64,000 nt of DNA from assembly GCA_048886685.1 (NCBI GenBank), contig JBHLKM010000002.1, positions 327,532-391,531 of the forward strand. The letters are read 5' to 3'. The notes under the pieces were generated by a model. It had not been told where the DNA came from and searched no databases. It saw only the letters and a program-made list of their open reading frames with translations. The position numbers and the translations under genes were made by a program. This DNA comes from Candidatus Hodarchaeota archaeon. GTDB lineage: Archaea > Asgardarchaeota > Lokiarchaeia > Sigyniarchaeales > SOKP01. Every line of letters starts with the position of its first letter. Within the stretch, counting starts at the first letter, position 1. Shown piece after piece: positions 18,095 through 28,788 of this stretch.

Positions 18095-20086
18095 ATGGAA
18101 AACACAAATACTATTATAAATATTGCTTTAATAGGTAATGCAAATGTTGGAAAATCAGTAATATTTAATCAACTTACAGGACTTTCGCAATCTATTGGAA
18201 ATTGGCCAGGAAAAACAGTAGAAAAAAAGGAAGGCCATCTTAATTTTTTGGGATATAGTTTTAATATTGTAGATTTACCTGGAATTTATTCTCTTTCAAC
18301 TTATTCCTTAGAAGAGATTGTAAGTAGAGAATATATAGTTTCTGATGAAGTTGATATAGTTATTAATGTAATTGATGCAACTAATTTTGAGCGTAATTTA
18401 TTTTTTACATTCCAGTTATTAGAGTTAAAAGTTCCCTTGATAATAGCTATTAATCAGATGGATATATTACGAAAAAGAGGTAGAGACATTAATTTCATAC
18501 TGCTACAAGAAATTTTTAAATTACCAGTCGTTCCTGTAGTAGCAATTCATGGAATTGGAGTTGATCAATTAATAAAAGAAGCTATAAAATTGGTCGAAAA
18601 ACCTTTTCAATATCCAGATTTACTCTCAATTTTATTTTATGGGAAAGAAGTTGAAATAAAAGTAAGAGATTTAATTAAAGAAATTGAAGCAAATTGGGAA
18701 ATCAATTATCGCTATACCTATCCTTCACGTTTTCTAGCAATTAAAATCTTGGAAAATGATGAGGAAATAAAAAAAGTTTTTGAGTTAAACCAAAATTCTT
18801 CTGTTATATTTAAATTAGCCAATGAATATCGCAAAGAATTAGAAGAATATCATGGTGAAGATATCGATACAATAATATCATCAGAGATTTACAATAATAT
18901 ACATAAAATTATTGAAAGAGTACTAATAGTCAAATCTCAGGAAACAAGGAAAAGAGCTTTAGCTGACAAGCTTGACCATTTAACAACTCATTCATTTTGG
19001 GGATATATATTTTTAGTACTAGTTCTCTTAGGAACATATTATTATATATTCCTTATTGGAGATTTATTAGGTGGGATAATTGAGACAATTTTTAGTATAT
19101 GGAGTAAGCACGTTTATGAAATTTATGGTGATCAAAATGTGTTTGTTTTAATATTATGGGATGGAGGTATGGGGGGATTTCTTGGGGCAATTGGAGGGGT
19201 TCTAGTATATGTTATCCCATTCTTCTTAATAATTGAGATTTTACAAGATTCGGGATATTTACCTCGAGCAGCATTTCTTATGGATAGATTCATGCATTTT
19301 TTGGGCGTGCATGGAAAAACTATAATTCCAATGATTCTGGGTTTTGGTTGTAATGTTCCAGCTTGTGCGGCTTGTAGAATAATGGAAACCCCACGAGAGA
19401 AAAAAATATCTGTTGCCTTAACCTCCCTTATTCCGTGTGCTGCAGTAATGGTAGTAGTATTAGGGTTGGTTGGGCGATATTTAGGACTCGGATGGGTTTT
19501 ATTTTTATTTGGAATAAATCTCTCTGTAATCATTCTTATTGGCAGGATATTAAATAAAGTAATGCCTGGAAAATGTACTGAATTAATTATGGAAATGCAT
19601 GAATATAGAATTCCAAATTATGGTGTTATTATGAAACAGACATGGATTAGAACGAAAGAATTTATTTATAAATCCTTACCTATAATTATATCTATTGGAA
19701 TTTTGTTGGAAGTGTTATTTATTTTTAAGCTTTTAGACCCAATTAACATTATTTTATCGCCAATAACAGTATTTTGGTTAGGACTTCCATTAATTACAGG
19801 AATTTTTTTAATTTATGGAATTTTGCGTAAGGAACTAACATTGATACTTCTTACAATTTTGGCAAGTTCAAAAGATCTGACTTTATTAGAACTACTAACA
19901 CCAATACAGATGATAATCTTTTGTATAGTAACTATGCTTTATATTCCATGTTTTGCAACGATAGTTTTAATTGCAAAGGAAACTAACTGGAAATATACTT
20001 TTCAAATAGCTGGTCTTGAAATTGGAATTGCTTTATTAGTAGGTGGCGTAATAAATTGGGGTTATTTTCTTTTTACAAGTCTTTAA
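18095..20086 (+). CDS. feoB: Ferrous iron transport protein B
   Basis: GNANVGKS, NWPGKTV, DLPG, GFGCNVPA; polytopic C-terminal half. Confidence 0.95.
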   Translation: MENTNTIINIALIGNANVGKSVIFNQLTGLSQSIGNWPGKTVEKKEGHLNFLGYSFNIVDLPGIYSLSTYSLEEIVSREYIVSDEVDIVINVIDATNFERNLFFTFQLLELKVPLIIAINQMDILRKRGRDINFILLQEIFKLPVVPVVAIHGIGVDQLIKEAIKLVEKPFQYPDLLSILFYGKEVEIKVRDLIKEIEANWEINYRYTYPSRFLAIKILENDEEIKKVFELNQNSSVIFKLANEYRKELEEYHGEDIDTIISSEIYNNIHKIIERVLIVKSQETRKRALADKLDHLTTHSFWGYIFLVLVLLGTYYYIFLIGDLLGGIIETIFSIWSKHVYEIYGDQNVFVLILWDGGMGGFLGAIGGVLVYVIPFFLIIEILQDSGYLPRAAFLMDRFMHFLGVHGKTIIPMILGFGCNVPACAACRIMETPREKKISVALTSLIPCAAVMVVVLGLVGRYLGLGWVLFLFGINLSVIILIGRILNKVMPGKCTELIMEMHEYRIPNYGVIMKQTWIRTKEFIYKSLPIIISIGILLEVLFIFKLLDPINIILSPITVFWLGLPLITGIFLIYGILRKELTLILLTILASSKDLTLLELLTPIQMIIFCIVTMLYIPCFATIVLIAKETNWKYTFQIAGLEIGIALLVGGVINWGYFLFTSL

Positions 20087-20251
20087 ATTAATATTATTAA
20101 GCTTTCTAATAAAAGATATAAAGATTTATTACGGAAAAGATTAAGATAATCGATGGAGTTGAGCCAAAGATAGACTTTTTGAGACATATGCAAAATATCT
20201 ATAAAACTTAAGAAAGCCAATTTCAATCTTGAAAAATAATACAAATTAAAC

Positions 20252-20710
20252 TTATTTAACAATCAAAACATTACATGGAGCTCTTTTAGCAACTTTAGTA
20301 GAAACTGTCCCTAATAAAGCCTGTTTTATTTTAGAATGTTGTCCTCTGCTACCTATAACGATAAGATCGAAATTTTCCTCTTTCGCAATTCTGACAATGT
20401 AATCTTCAGGTGTCTCATTTACAATTAAACGAGTTTCAACCAATTCCTTCTTTATCCCAAACATATTCCTTGCTTTTTCGAGTAAATTTTTTCCTGCCTC
20501 CTTATATACTCCTTCAAGAGTACTATGTTTTGAATATAGAGCTTCAGCATCAGCATAAATTTCTGATGGAATCCTATTGTCTTTGATTGAATGAATAATC
20601 ACAACTTTACAATTCCATATCTTTTGGAATTCAACTACTTGCTTAGCAGCATTAGTAGCATGGGCGGATCCGTCTGTCGCTAATAGAATTTTTTTATAAA
20701 TAATTTTCAC
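20252..20710 (-). CDS. Universal stress protein (UspA family)
   Basis: YKKILLATDGS, DLIVIGSRG, LLGTVS..V...APCNVLIVK. Confidence 0.92.
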   Translation of the reverse strand: MKIIYKKILLATDGSAHATNAAKQVVEFQKIWNCKVVIIHSIKDNRIPSEIYADAEALYSKHSTLEGVYKEAGKNLLEKARNMFGIKKELVETRLIVNETPEDYIVRIAKEENFDLIVIGSRGQHSKIKQALLGTVSTKVAKRAPCNVLIVK

Positions 20711-21026
20711 CTACAATTTACTAATATAATTTTCTATTTTATTCTTTTTGGCTTTAATCAATTTTTCACAAAAAAAATTGAATTCAATTCATATTAATAA
20801 ACTTATAGCACTCTAATTGTTATCATAAAGAATAGCTTTAGTTTTAATATTTTATAAACCAAACTAAAAATCTCTTATATCGCTTCTACAAAAGTTTACT
20901 TTTTTTTTTGAAACATAAAAGTTAGATTTAATAGTTCCTATTGGGCTTTGATTATAATGCTAATTTACTAAAAAAATTTTATATCTCATAAATTAAAAAT
21001 ATAAATAAAATGAGAGGTGGTCAATT

Positions 21027-21392
21027 ATAAGCGAAAATAAAAAATCTATCCTTTATGTTCAAACGAGTGACGATCCAGAAAGACAATATTCACCATTAGT
21101 ATTGGCTCAAACTGCTGCAGCTATGGACATAAAAGCAACTGTTTATTACTTAGGACAAGGTTTAAGGATTTTAAAACCTGGGGAAGCAGAAAGAATAAAA
21201 TTAGGTGCGTTTCCAAATGTAAAAGAAATGATTGAAAAAACCTTAGCAGATGGTGTTGAAATCCTAGTATGTGAAGCTTCAAAAAGAATGTTAGGATGGG
21301 AAAAAGTAGATTTGATTCCAGGCGTAAAAATTGTTGGAGCAGCAACATTAAATGATTTAGTTCTAGAAAATGATGCAACCCAATGGTTTTAA
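21027..21392 (+). CDS. DsrE/DsrF-like (peroxiredoxin-type) protein, apparent ATA start
   Basis: Frame open upstream of track start: (I)SENKKSILYVQTSDDPERQYSPLVLAQTA...VCEAS...IVGAATL; GAGGTG SD 7 nt before ATA 21027; in-frame TAA at 21006. Confidence 0.75.
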   Translation: MSENKKSILYVQTSDDPERQYSPLVLAQTAAAMDIKATVYYLGQGLRILKPGEAERIKLGAFPNVKEMIEKTLADGVEILVCEASKRMLGWEKVDLIPGVKIVGAATLNDLVLENDATQWF

Positions 21393-21435
21393 TTTTATAT
21401 TTTTATAACTCAAGTTAAAGAAGAATATTAAGAAT

Positions 21436-22038
21436 ATGAACAAATTTGAGAAATTAAAGCAAACATTAAAACTAACCTCAAATCCGATAGGAGTAAAACT
21501 TATTTACGATTATCATGAAGATACAGGGATAGATCCTATTTTTAAAGAATTAAATAGTATAGATGGGTATTGTGAATTTGTTAAGAGCGCATCTAAAGGA
21601 GAATTCTTGAAAATTAAGAAAGGTGATTTTTCCTGTAATAATGCAAATATTATGCTAAGTTTTCAAGAAACTGATAATATAGAATTGTCAATGAAATTGG
21701 ATATTAAAGGGCTTAAATATATTCTTCTTTTTCCAATTAATCAATATGAACTTGAGGATTACGATAGTATTATACTTGTCTTAAATCCTCGTAATTGTAT
21801 GAATATCATCCAAGCTTATGTTAGACTTCATAATAAACCGTTAAAAATAACATGCGGTATAATTAATGGTGTATGTAGTGAAGTAACTGCTTATGTTATA
21901 AAACGTAATGATGTGAATTTTTCATTCTTATGTACTGAATCTCGGAACGATGGTACTTTTAATGATTGCGAGTTATTATGTGGGATACCTGCTAAAATGA
22001 CAAAAGATCTGATTAATGAAATTATACAATCAAAATAA
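21436..22038 (+). CDS. DUF169-like protein
   Basis: LKL..NPIGVK, YCEFV..A..G, SC, GVCSE, SFLC..SR, ELLCGIP. Confidence 0.7.
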   Translation: MNKFEKLKQTLKLTSNPIGVKLIYDYHEDTGIDPIFKELNSIDGYCEFVKSASKGEFLKIKKGDFSCNNANIMLSFQETDNIELSMKLDIKGLKYILLFPINQYELEDYDSIILVLNPRNCMNIIQAYVRLHNKPLKITCGIINGVCSEVTAYVIKRNDVNFSFLCTESRNDGTFNDCELLCGIPAKMTKDLINEIIQSK

Positions 22039-22144
22039 CTTCGAAGGGTATCAATAGAGTTGTTTAACTCAATTTAAAAATTACAAATAATTTATTAAGA
22101 GATTTTAAAAAATTAGCAGGAGAAAAAATCCACTATTATTTAAG

Positions 22145-22647
22145 TCATGGTTTAAGATTTTTACATTTAATTTCAATTGGTTTAGAATTATTTTCAAAAG
22201 TAACGTAATTCATAAATAGTTTATTAACAGATCTGATGTAATCTGCACCGCGTCCAATTGCAATACCCCTTTCTTTATAAGTTAAAAAATATATCGCTAT
22301 TTCCCTCTTTCCTGAAAATCCATTTACTTCCAAAGAGATATTATAAACAAATAAATCTGGGAATAGACTGAATAAAAAATTGATTAGTACATTTTCAGCT
22401 CTAATAATTAAAAACTTTCTACCCTTCATTTCTCTCCTCACTGATCCTAAATATATTTTGGAATCAAAATAGTCTTCATTTTTTACAAAAAAAAAGATAT
22501 ACTGATCAACTACAGCAAGAAATTCAGGATATATCCCCTTTGTCTTTTATAGAAATATTTGTATAATTTAAGTTCAGAATTTGTGTATTTTCTGATGAAA
22601 TTTAAGATTTGATAAAGGATTAGATCATCAGATATTGTGTAGAACAT
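22145..22647 (-). pseudogene. NusA-like KH-domain protein with a one-base frameshift
   Basis: ATG 22647: ...YTNSELKLYKYFYK; -1 frame continues KTKGIYPEFLAVVDQYIFFFVK...ERGIAIGRGADYIRSV (KH GxxG-like). Confidence 0.55.
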
Positions 22648-22804
22648 ATTGTATTATCTAAATTCAGCAATTTAAACCAAACAGCTCTATAATTAATACA
22701 TATTATAATAATATTAACACAATATAGTTAGAGACTTACAATAAAGCTATAAAAGATCTTTAATTATTTAATATTAGCAACATTAAACCAATTTATTCTA
22801 ATAG

Positions 22805-24229
22805 ATGTTTGTTGAATTTTTTTATTACCTAAAAGAACGCTTACCCGTAAGCATCACAGAGTATATGACCTTAATCGAAGCTCTAAATAAAGGGCTTATT
22901 CATAACATGGTTGAGTTTTATTATACTTCACGCTCAATTCTCTGCAAAAATGAGCATCACTTCGACATTTTTGATATCTCATTTGCTAATTTCTTTAAAA
23001 ATGCTATGATACAATTCCCAGAAGATTTTAAACAAGAGATTTGGGAATGGCTCGAAAAACCTATCACCTTATCAGAATTAATCGAAGGATTAGAGCTATT
23101 ATTAAAAGAATATCAACAATATCTAACTGTAGTAGACTTACAAGAATTACTTCAAGATCTACTTGAGAAGTATGCAGACCAACTTGAAGGTAAACTACTT
23201 GCAAACGTACCCGATGATATTAAAGAAGAAATCTTTAAATGGCTTCAACAAAACATAAATATGTTAGCAACCGATGCTGCGTTTCAAGACATGGCAAGTC
23301 AATTCTCTAGTCTCGAGGACTTACAAAAAAGGCTTGAAGAATTAATGCAGGAACAAGACGAAGAACATAATTTCGGAGATCATTTTATTGGAACACAAGG
23401 TACCTCTCCATTTGGACATTCTGGGCAAAACCCAATGGGTATGAGAATTGGAGGTGGGGCTGGTATGCGAACTGCAGTACAAATTGCTGAAAAAAGAATT
23501 TTCAAGGATTATCGGAAGGATATCGTTTTGGATACGAGACAAATTAAAATAGCTCTAAAAAGACTCAAAAAACTTGAAGAGATTGGAAAACAAGACGAAT
23601 TAAACATCGATGAGACTATCGACAAGACAGCAAAGAATGGCGGAGAGATCGAAATTGTATTTGATAAACGAAGAAAAAACGATGTAAAGATATTACTCCT
23701 TATGGATGTAGGTGGTAGTATGACACCATATGCTCATCTCGTTAATCTACTTTTCTCTGCAGCTAATAATATGTCACATTGGAAAGATTTTAAATATTAT
23801 TACTTTCATAATTGCATTTACGAGACTTTGTATTTCAATGCTAAAAGGAATCCTAATGAAGCTATTGAATTTAACGATTTTATTCGAAAATATGATAGTA
23901 AATACAAAGTAGTGATCGTGGGTGACGCTGCTATGGCCAGCTGGGAATTAACAGAAAAATATGGATCGATATATTACTACCATCGAAATGAAATGCCCGG
24001 AATCTATTATATCAAAGAACTTGCTAATCATTTTAAAAATGGTATTGTATGGCTTAATCCAGAGCTAATAAGACCAGAATGGAGCCCATGGACACGAAAA
24101 ATTATTTCTAGTGTTATTCCTATGTTTGATCTCACTATTGATGGCATAGAAGAGGCTATGAATTATCTTAGAAAAGGCGGTAAGAATATGTTTACGACTG
24201 TCAATTACTTTAAGGGATTAAATTATTAA
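22805..24229 (+). CDS. VWA-domain CoxE-like protein
   Basis: IGTQGTSPFGHSG, LMDVGGSM (MIDAS-like), YYFHNCIY, VGDA.M, WLNP. Confidence 0.85.
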   Translation: MFVEFFYYLKERLPVSITEYMTLIEALNKGLIHNMVEFYYTSRSILCKNEHHFDIFDISFANFFKNAMIQFPEDFKQEIWEWLEKPITLSELIEGLELLLKEYQQYLTVVDLQELLQDLLEKYADQLEGKLLANVPDDIKEEIFKWLQQNINMLATDAAFQDMASQFSSLEDLQKRLEELMQEQDEEHNFGDHFIGTQGTSPFGHSGQNPMGMRIGGGAGMRTAVQIAEKRIFKDYRKDIVLDTRQIKIALKRLKKLEEIGKQDELNIDETIDKTAKNGGEIEIVFDKRRKNDVKILLLMDVGGSMTPYAHLVNLLFSAANNMSHWKDFKYYYFHNCIYETLYFNAKRNPNEAIEFNDFIRKYDSKYKVVIVGDAAMASWELTEKYGSIYYYHRNEMPGIYYIKELANHFKNGIVWLNPELIRPEWSPWTRKIISSVIPMFDLTIDGIEEAMNYLRKGGKNMFTTVNYFKGLNY

Positions 24230-24335
24230 AAAATTTTAAATTAGAGTTGCGTCTTTTTTCATTTAAATTTTGAGTTTTTCTAAAATATAAAATTCCCGAA
24301 CCTTAATATTTTATGTATGAATATCGAAGTTACAT

Positions 24336-24956
24336 ATGGATGAAAAAAGAAAGGAATCTTCAGATAAAAGAGAGACAATCCAGTATTTTGAGATTTTTTT
24401 TGGTTTGTTTAATTCTTTTGTTATGGGTTCTATGATTTGGATAGCACAGAACAACATACTTTTGGCTATTCCTGCTTATATTTTTACTTTGATAATGGTA
24501 ATTGGGATTATTCTTACTTTTAAAAAAAAAAATCCTTTTTTTACATATTTTACTATGGGTACTTTAGTTTGTGGTTCTTATTACGCTCTACCAGGACTAT
24601 TTTTGATACCATTAACTAGTTTTAAATATGGTATTTTTGATTACATTATATTTGGTCTTGCGATTCCCGAAATTTTTTATCTGATATTTCTTACTAAGGA
24701 CTTATCGTTTTTCAAAACCTGGGGTAAACAGGCTCTAATTTGGGGTAGAGATAAATTTGATTCCAGTCTTCCTTATGCTTTAATGGATCCTGAGACATTA
24801 AGCTTGCAACAACAACGGATTGACGAAGCTATACTAAAACAAAAACAGGAAAGAAATAAATATAACAAAAAATATCATAAATCCTTAATCCTTTCCGTAT
24901 GCATTATTTCGGTATTAGGATTTTATTCCTTTTTTTTTTCTAGTATGGGATTATGA
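24336..24956 (+). CDS. Hypothetical membrane protein
   Basis: About 5 hydrophobic segments. Confidence 0.65.
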   Translation: MDEKRKESSDKRETIQYFEIFFGLFNSFVMGSMIWIAQNNILLAIPAYIFTLIMVIGIILTFKKKNPFFTYFTMGTLVCGSYYALPGLFLIPLTSFKYGIFDYIIFGLAIPEIFYLIFLTKDLSFFKTWGKQALIWGRDKFDSSLPYALMDPETLSLQQQRIDEAILKQKQERNKYNKKYHKSLILSVCIISVLGFYSFFFSSMGL

Positions 24957-24974
24957 GACAACTAACTGAATTCA

Positions 24975-25610
24975 TTAACTTTCAATTAGCTTTTTAATAT
25001 GTTCAATACCATATATCGCGTCATCAGCATAATCATCAGCTCCAAATTGTTTTGCCAGTTCTATATTTAAAGGGGCCCCTCCAACAATCAATTTTACCTT
25101 ATCTCGCAGTCCGGCATCTTGTAGTGCTTGATGAACAACTCCAATTTGATCCACAGTCATAGATAATAACGTACTCAATGCTACAACTGATGCTCCAGTT
25201 TCTTTAACTTTTTCAACGATTGCTTCAGCTTCCACATCTCTTCCAAGATCGAAAACTTCAAAATTTGCGCTTAATAACAACGTCCCTAGTATATTCTTTC
25301 CTAAATCATGTTGGTCTCCTTTAACGGTTGCTATAACCACTTTTGCTTTCTCCTGCCCGTTATCTGATACAGCCAGAGCAGGCTTTAATACCTCAAGTCC
25401 TGCTTTCATTGTATCTCCTGCCAATACAAGCTCACCTAAAAAATACTCATATTCTTCATATCGCCGACTAACTTCATCCATACCCCTTGTAAGGGCATTT
25501 AAAATTTCAAAAGGGTCTTTCCCATCTTCTTCAAGAGCAATTCTAACTGCATCTTCTATATCATCCAACTCCAATTCGACGATAAGTTCAGTTAATTCTT
25601 CAAAATCCAT
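24975..25610 (-). CDS. Methyltransferase cognate corrinoid protein (MtaC/MttC-like)
   Basis: GDQHDLGKNI B12 motif, DLGRDV, VGGAP. Confidence 0.93.
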   Translation of the reverse strand: MDFEELTELIVELELDDIEDAVRIALEEDGKDPFEILNALTRGMDEVSRRYEEYEYFLGELVLAGDTMKAGLEVLKPALAVSDNGQEKAKVVIATVKGDQHDLGKNILGTLLLSANFEVFDLGRDVEAEAIVEKVKETGASVVALSTLLSMTVDQIGVVHQALQDAGLRDKVKLIVGGAPLNIELAKQFGADDYADDAIYGIEHIKKLIES

Positions 25611-25735
25611 AATAGTCGACCATTAATTAAAAAAAAAAAACTAATTTTCCCTAATTTCATTTCAATGAATAATAATAATTACTACTATACTTCTAATAAA
25701 AATTTTTTTTAATTAGGCAAAATATTTTTTTTATT

Positions 25736-26905
25736 ATGGTACTTTCAAAACGAGAAAGAGTAATTAGAGCCTTAGAACGCGACGATGAACCAGATATGAT
25801 TCCAATCCATTATCTAGGATTTGAAAGAACTGGTATTGCCTATCAACAATTTCTAAAATCAAATGATTTTAAAGAAAATAAGACTTATATTGAAAACACA
25901 TTTTCAAGAGAGGATTATCGCTGGGCTGGAGATATAACTGAGTGGCGTTTTTGGAATGTTGATTGTCAATCAATAGATCCTTGGAGGCATCGAATGAAGA
26001 CTAAAATTGCCGAGGGACCACCCGAATATCCAGGAAGTTACTTAATTCCAACATCTGGGAGAATATTTAAGCGAGTGGAACAAATTAAGACTGGTTTAAC
26101 TTATGCTTGGTATATAGATGGCTATTTCAGAACACCTGAAATATTACACGCCTATTGGGATGAATATGGAAAACCTTCTGAATGTATTAATAATGAGGTT
26201 AATTATTCCCCCAAAATCTGGGAAAAGTTTGTAGAAAGCCTCTCTCCATACCTATATCCAATGGCTAGATTAATGATTGCCATGAATGAGGCTCTATTCG
26301 AAGGAATGACAGTAAGTAGAGTTACTTATCATATGAGAAAAAATCCAGAATTCATCCACGAAGTTATGGAGGAATATACTAAAGTAAATCTAGAATTTGT
26401 AAAACGTTATGCAGAAGCAGGAATAGATATTGTTTTTTATTATGATGATTTAGGGTATAAAGGACGATCTATGTTTTCTCTTGAGAATTTTCGTACATTT
26501 ATACTTCCATACTATAAAAAAATATATCAAGAATGTAAGAAACATGGAATGTTCGTAATTCAGCATTCATGTGGTTATATTGATAAATTACTCCCGGATA
26601 TGGTTAATGCGGGACTAGATTGTATTCAAGCGCTAGAGCCTGCTGCAGGTGTTGATTTAGCACATTTAAAGGAAACATTAGGAGACCAATTGAGTTTTAT
26701 GGGGGGAATGGATGCAACGAGAGTATTAAGTTTCGGAACTCCCAAAGAAGTTGAAGAAGAAGTAAAAAGATGTATTAAAGCTGCCGCTTATGGTGGAGGT
26801 TACTTTGCAGGTCCGAGTCACAATATCTTAAACGTTCCCTGGGAGAATATTCTAGCCTTCAGAGCAGCTATTGAGAAATATAGGAAATATCCATTGAAAT
26901 TCTAG
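25736..26905 (+). CDS. Uroporphyrinogen decarboxylase / MtaA-CmuA family methyltransferase
   Basis: ERV..AL...EPD.IP, DDLG, QHSCG, GGMD, GGGY..GPSH; divergent from the corrinoid gene. Confidence 0.85.
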   Translation: MVLSKRERVIRALERDDEPDMIPIHYLGFERTGIAYQQFLKSNDFKENKTYIENTFSREDYRWAGDITEWRFWNVDCQSIDPWRHRMKTKIAEGPPEYPGSYLIPTSGRIFKRVEQIKTGLTYAWYIDGYFRTPEILHAYWDEYGKPSECINNEVNYSPKIWEKFVESLSPYLYPMARLMIAMNEALFEGMTVSRVTYHMRKNPEFIHEVMEEYTKVNLEFVKRYAEAGIDIVFYYDDLGYKGRSMFSLENFRTFILPYYKKIYQECKKHGMFVIQHSCGYIDKLLPDMVNAGLDCIQALEPAAGVDLAHLKETLGDQLSFMGGMDATRVLSFGTPKEVEEEVKRCIKAAAYGGGYFAGPSHNILNVPWENILAFRAAIEKYRKYPLKF

Positions 26906-27105
26906 TTTCTTACAATTTAGTTTAACCCATTAATTTCCCCGAATTTCCTTATCTATCTTGTTCGGACTATAGGAACAAAAATTTGATATATCAGATGTAA
27001 ATATATTGATTAATAATCTCTATAATTATATATTTCAAGCTTTAATTAGAAAATTTCGCTTAGAAATTTAATTGGGGTTTTATTTAAAGCCACTGTCTTC
27101 TAATT

Positions 27106-28653
27106 TTGACATATTCATCCAAAATGAATTTAAATGGAGTTTCCTTTATGAGTAGGTGTGATAATAAACCAGTAGAACCCGAAATGAGATATTTTAATCT
27201 AATTAATAGCATTTTGGATGTTTTAATTGAATTTAATCTAGATTTTACTATTACATATATTAATCCCCAAGTTTACGATGTATTTGGTTATCATTCTGAG
27301 GAAGTAATTGAAAGAAAAACCGTGGATTTTATTCATCCTGATGATGTATCAAAAATTGTTGAAATAATTAAGAGGACAATAAAAACAAGAGAAGTAATCT
27401 CAATAGAACTAAGAATTCGGCATAAAAAAGGATACTTTGTTCCAACGTATACGAAAGGACGTTTAGTGGTTTTAGATAATCAAAAAAAGATTGTTGGAGT
27501 CTTAAGAGACATAACAGAAATTACGGAAGCTCAACGAAAATTAAATAATTCAGATCAAAGATATAGGGAAATCATTGAAAATATTGAGGATGGATATTTT
27601 GAAGTAGATCTACAGGGAAATTATACTTATATAAATGATTATACTTGTAAGTATTTGGGATTTTCGAAAAATAAATTAATAGGTAAGAGTTATACTTCTA
27701 TATTAGACAAGAAAACTCATAAAGAAGTATATGAAATCTTTAATCTTGTTTACAAAAATAATCTTTCAAAAGGAACTTTTGAAAGTAAAGTAATCAGAAA
27801 TGATGGACAAGAACGTACTTTTGAGGGAACATTTTATTTAAGATATGATACGAATGGAAAAAAAATTGGGTTTTATGGATTTACTCATGATATATCAGAG
27901 AAAAAAATAATTGAAGAAAAGACCAAAGAATCTGAAAAAAAATATCGTAAAGCTTTCGACAGAGCTGAACTTTATAAGAATTTATTTTATCATGACATCA
28001 ACAACATCCTTTCTAATATAAAATTATCAATAGATATTAGTGAGAAATATCTTGCTGAGTTCAATAAGGAAAAAGAAATTAAAGATCTTTATGAATTAAT
28101 TAAACAACAATTTGAAAGAGGAACAAAACTAATTTCTAATATTCGCAAATTATCAAATCTTGAAAATTTGGAGAAATCATTAAAATCATTTGAGGTGATT
28201 AAAACATTAGAGGAAGCAATAAAATATGTTCAGAACAGTATAGTATCAGAAGATATTAACATAAGAATTAAATCATCTGAAAAGAAAATTATGATTCAAG
28301 CCAATGAGTTTTTAATAGATATATTCGATAACTTATTAATTAACGCCATTAATTACAATGATAATCCCAAAAAGGAGATCCTCATTAAGATTTCAAAGGT
28401 TTCTAAAGAAAATGTCAATTATGTGAAATTTGAATTCATTGATAATGGTATTGGAATTTCTGACAACAGGAAAGAAGTAATCTTTCAAGAGGGATTCAGT
28501 AAAGAAAAAGGATCAAAGGGTATGGGCTTTGGTCTAACTCTCGTCAAAAAAATCATAAGAAGTTATAGGGGTGAAATCTGGATTGAAGATAGCGTTAAGG
28601 GTGATTATTCACAGGGAAGCAATTTTGTTTTCTTAATCCCTGAAGCAACATAA
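27106..28653 (+). CDS. PAS-PAS sensor histidine kinase (soluble)
   Basis: Two PAS domains (FIHPDD; EIIENIEDGYFEVD), HDINN H-box, NLLINAINY, DNGIGI, GMGFGL. Confidence 0.9.
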   Translation: MTYSSKMNLNGVSFMSRCDNKPVEPEMRYFNLINSILDVLIEFNLDFTITYINPQVYDVFGYHSEEVIERKTVDFIHPDDVSKIVEIIKRTIKTREVISIELRIRHKKGYFVPTYTKGRLVVLDNQKKIVGVLRDITEITEAQRKLNNSDQRYREIIENIEDGYFEVDLQGNYTYINDYTCKYLGFSKNKLIGKSYTSILDKKTHKEVYEIFNLVYKNNLSKGTFESKVIRNDGQERTFEGTFYLRYDTNGKKIGFYGFTHDISEKKIIEEKTKESEKKYRKAFDRAELYKNLFYHDINNILSNIKLSIDISEKYLAEFNKEKEIKDLYELIKQQFERGTKLISNIRKLSNLENLEKSLKSFEVIKTLEEAIKYVQNSIVSEDINIRIKSSEKKIMIQANEFLIDIFDNLLINAINYNDNPKKEILIKISKVSKENVNYVKFEFIDNGIGISDNRKEVIFQEGFSKEKGSKGMGFGLTLVKKIIRSYRGEIWIEDSVKGDYSQGSNFVFLIPEAT

Positions 28654-28788
28654 TAAATTTTTTTGCCAAAATTATGAGTTCTCTTTTTAATTCATTACTT
28701 TCCTTCGTTGCTAATGAGAGAAATTTCTTATATCTCTCTTGATTATATTCCACTAATTTAGTACACAAGAATTCTACTCTTTCAGGAT

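Noticed and set aside
20779-20791. TGAAT-TCA-ATTCA upstream of usp, and the half-site pair at 1911-1924
   Set aside because: Spacer is 3 rather than 4, or the right half is poor; not counted as regulon sites, though weak binding is not excluded
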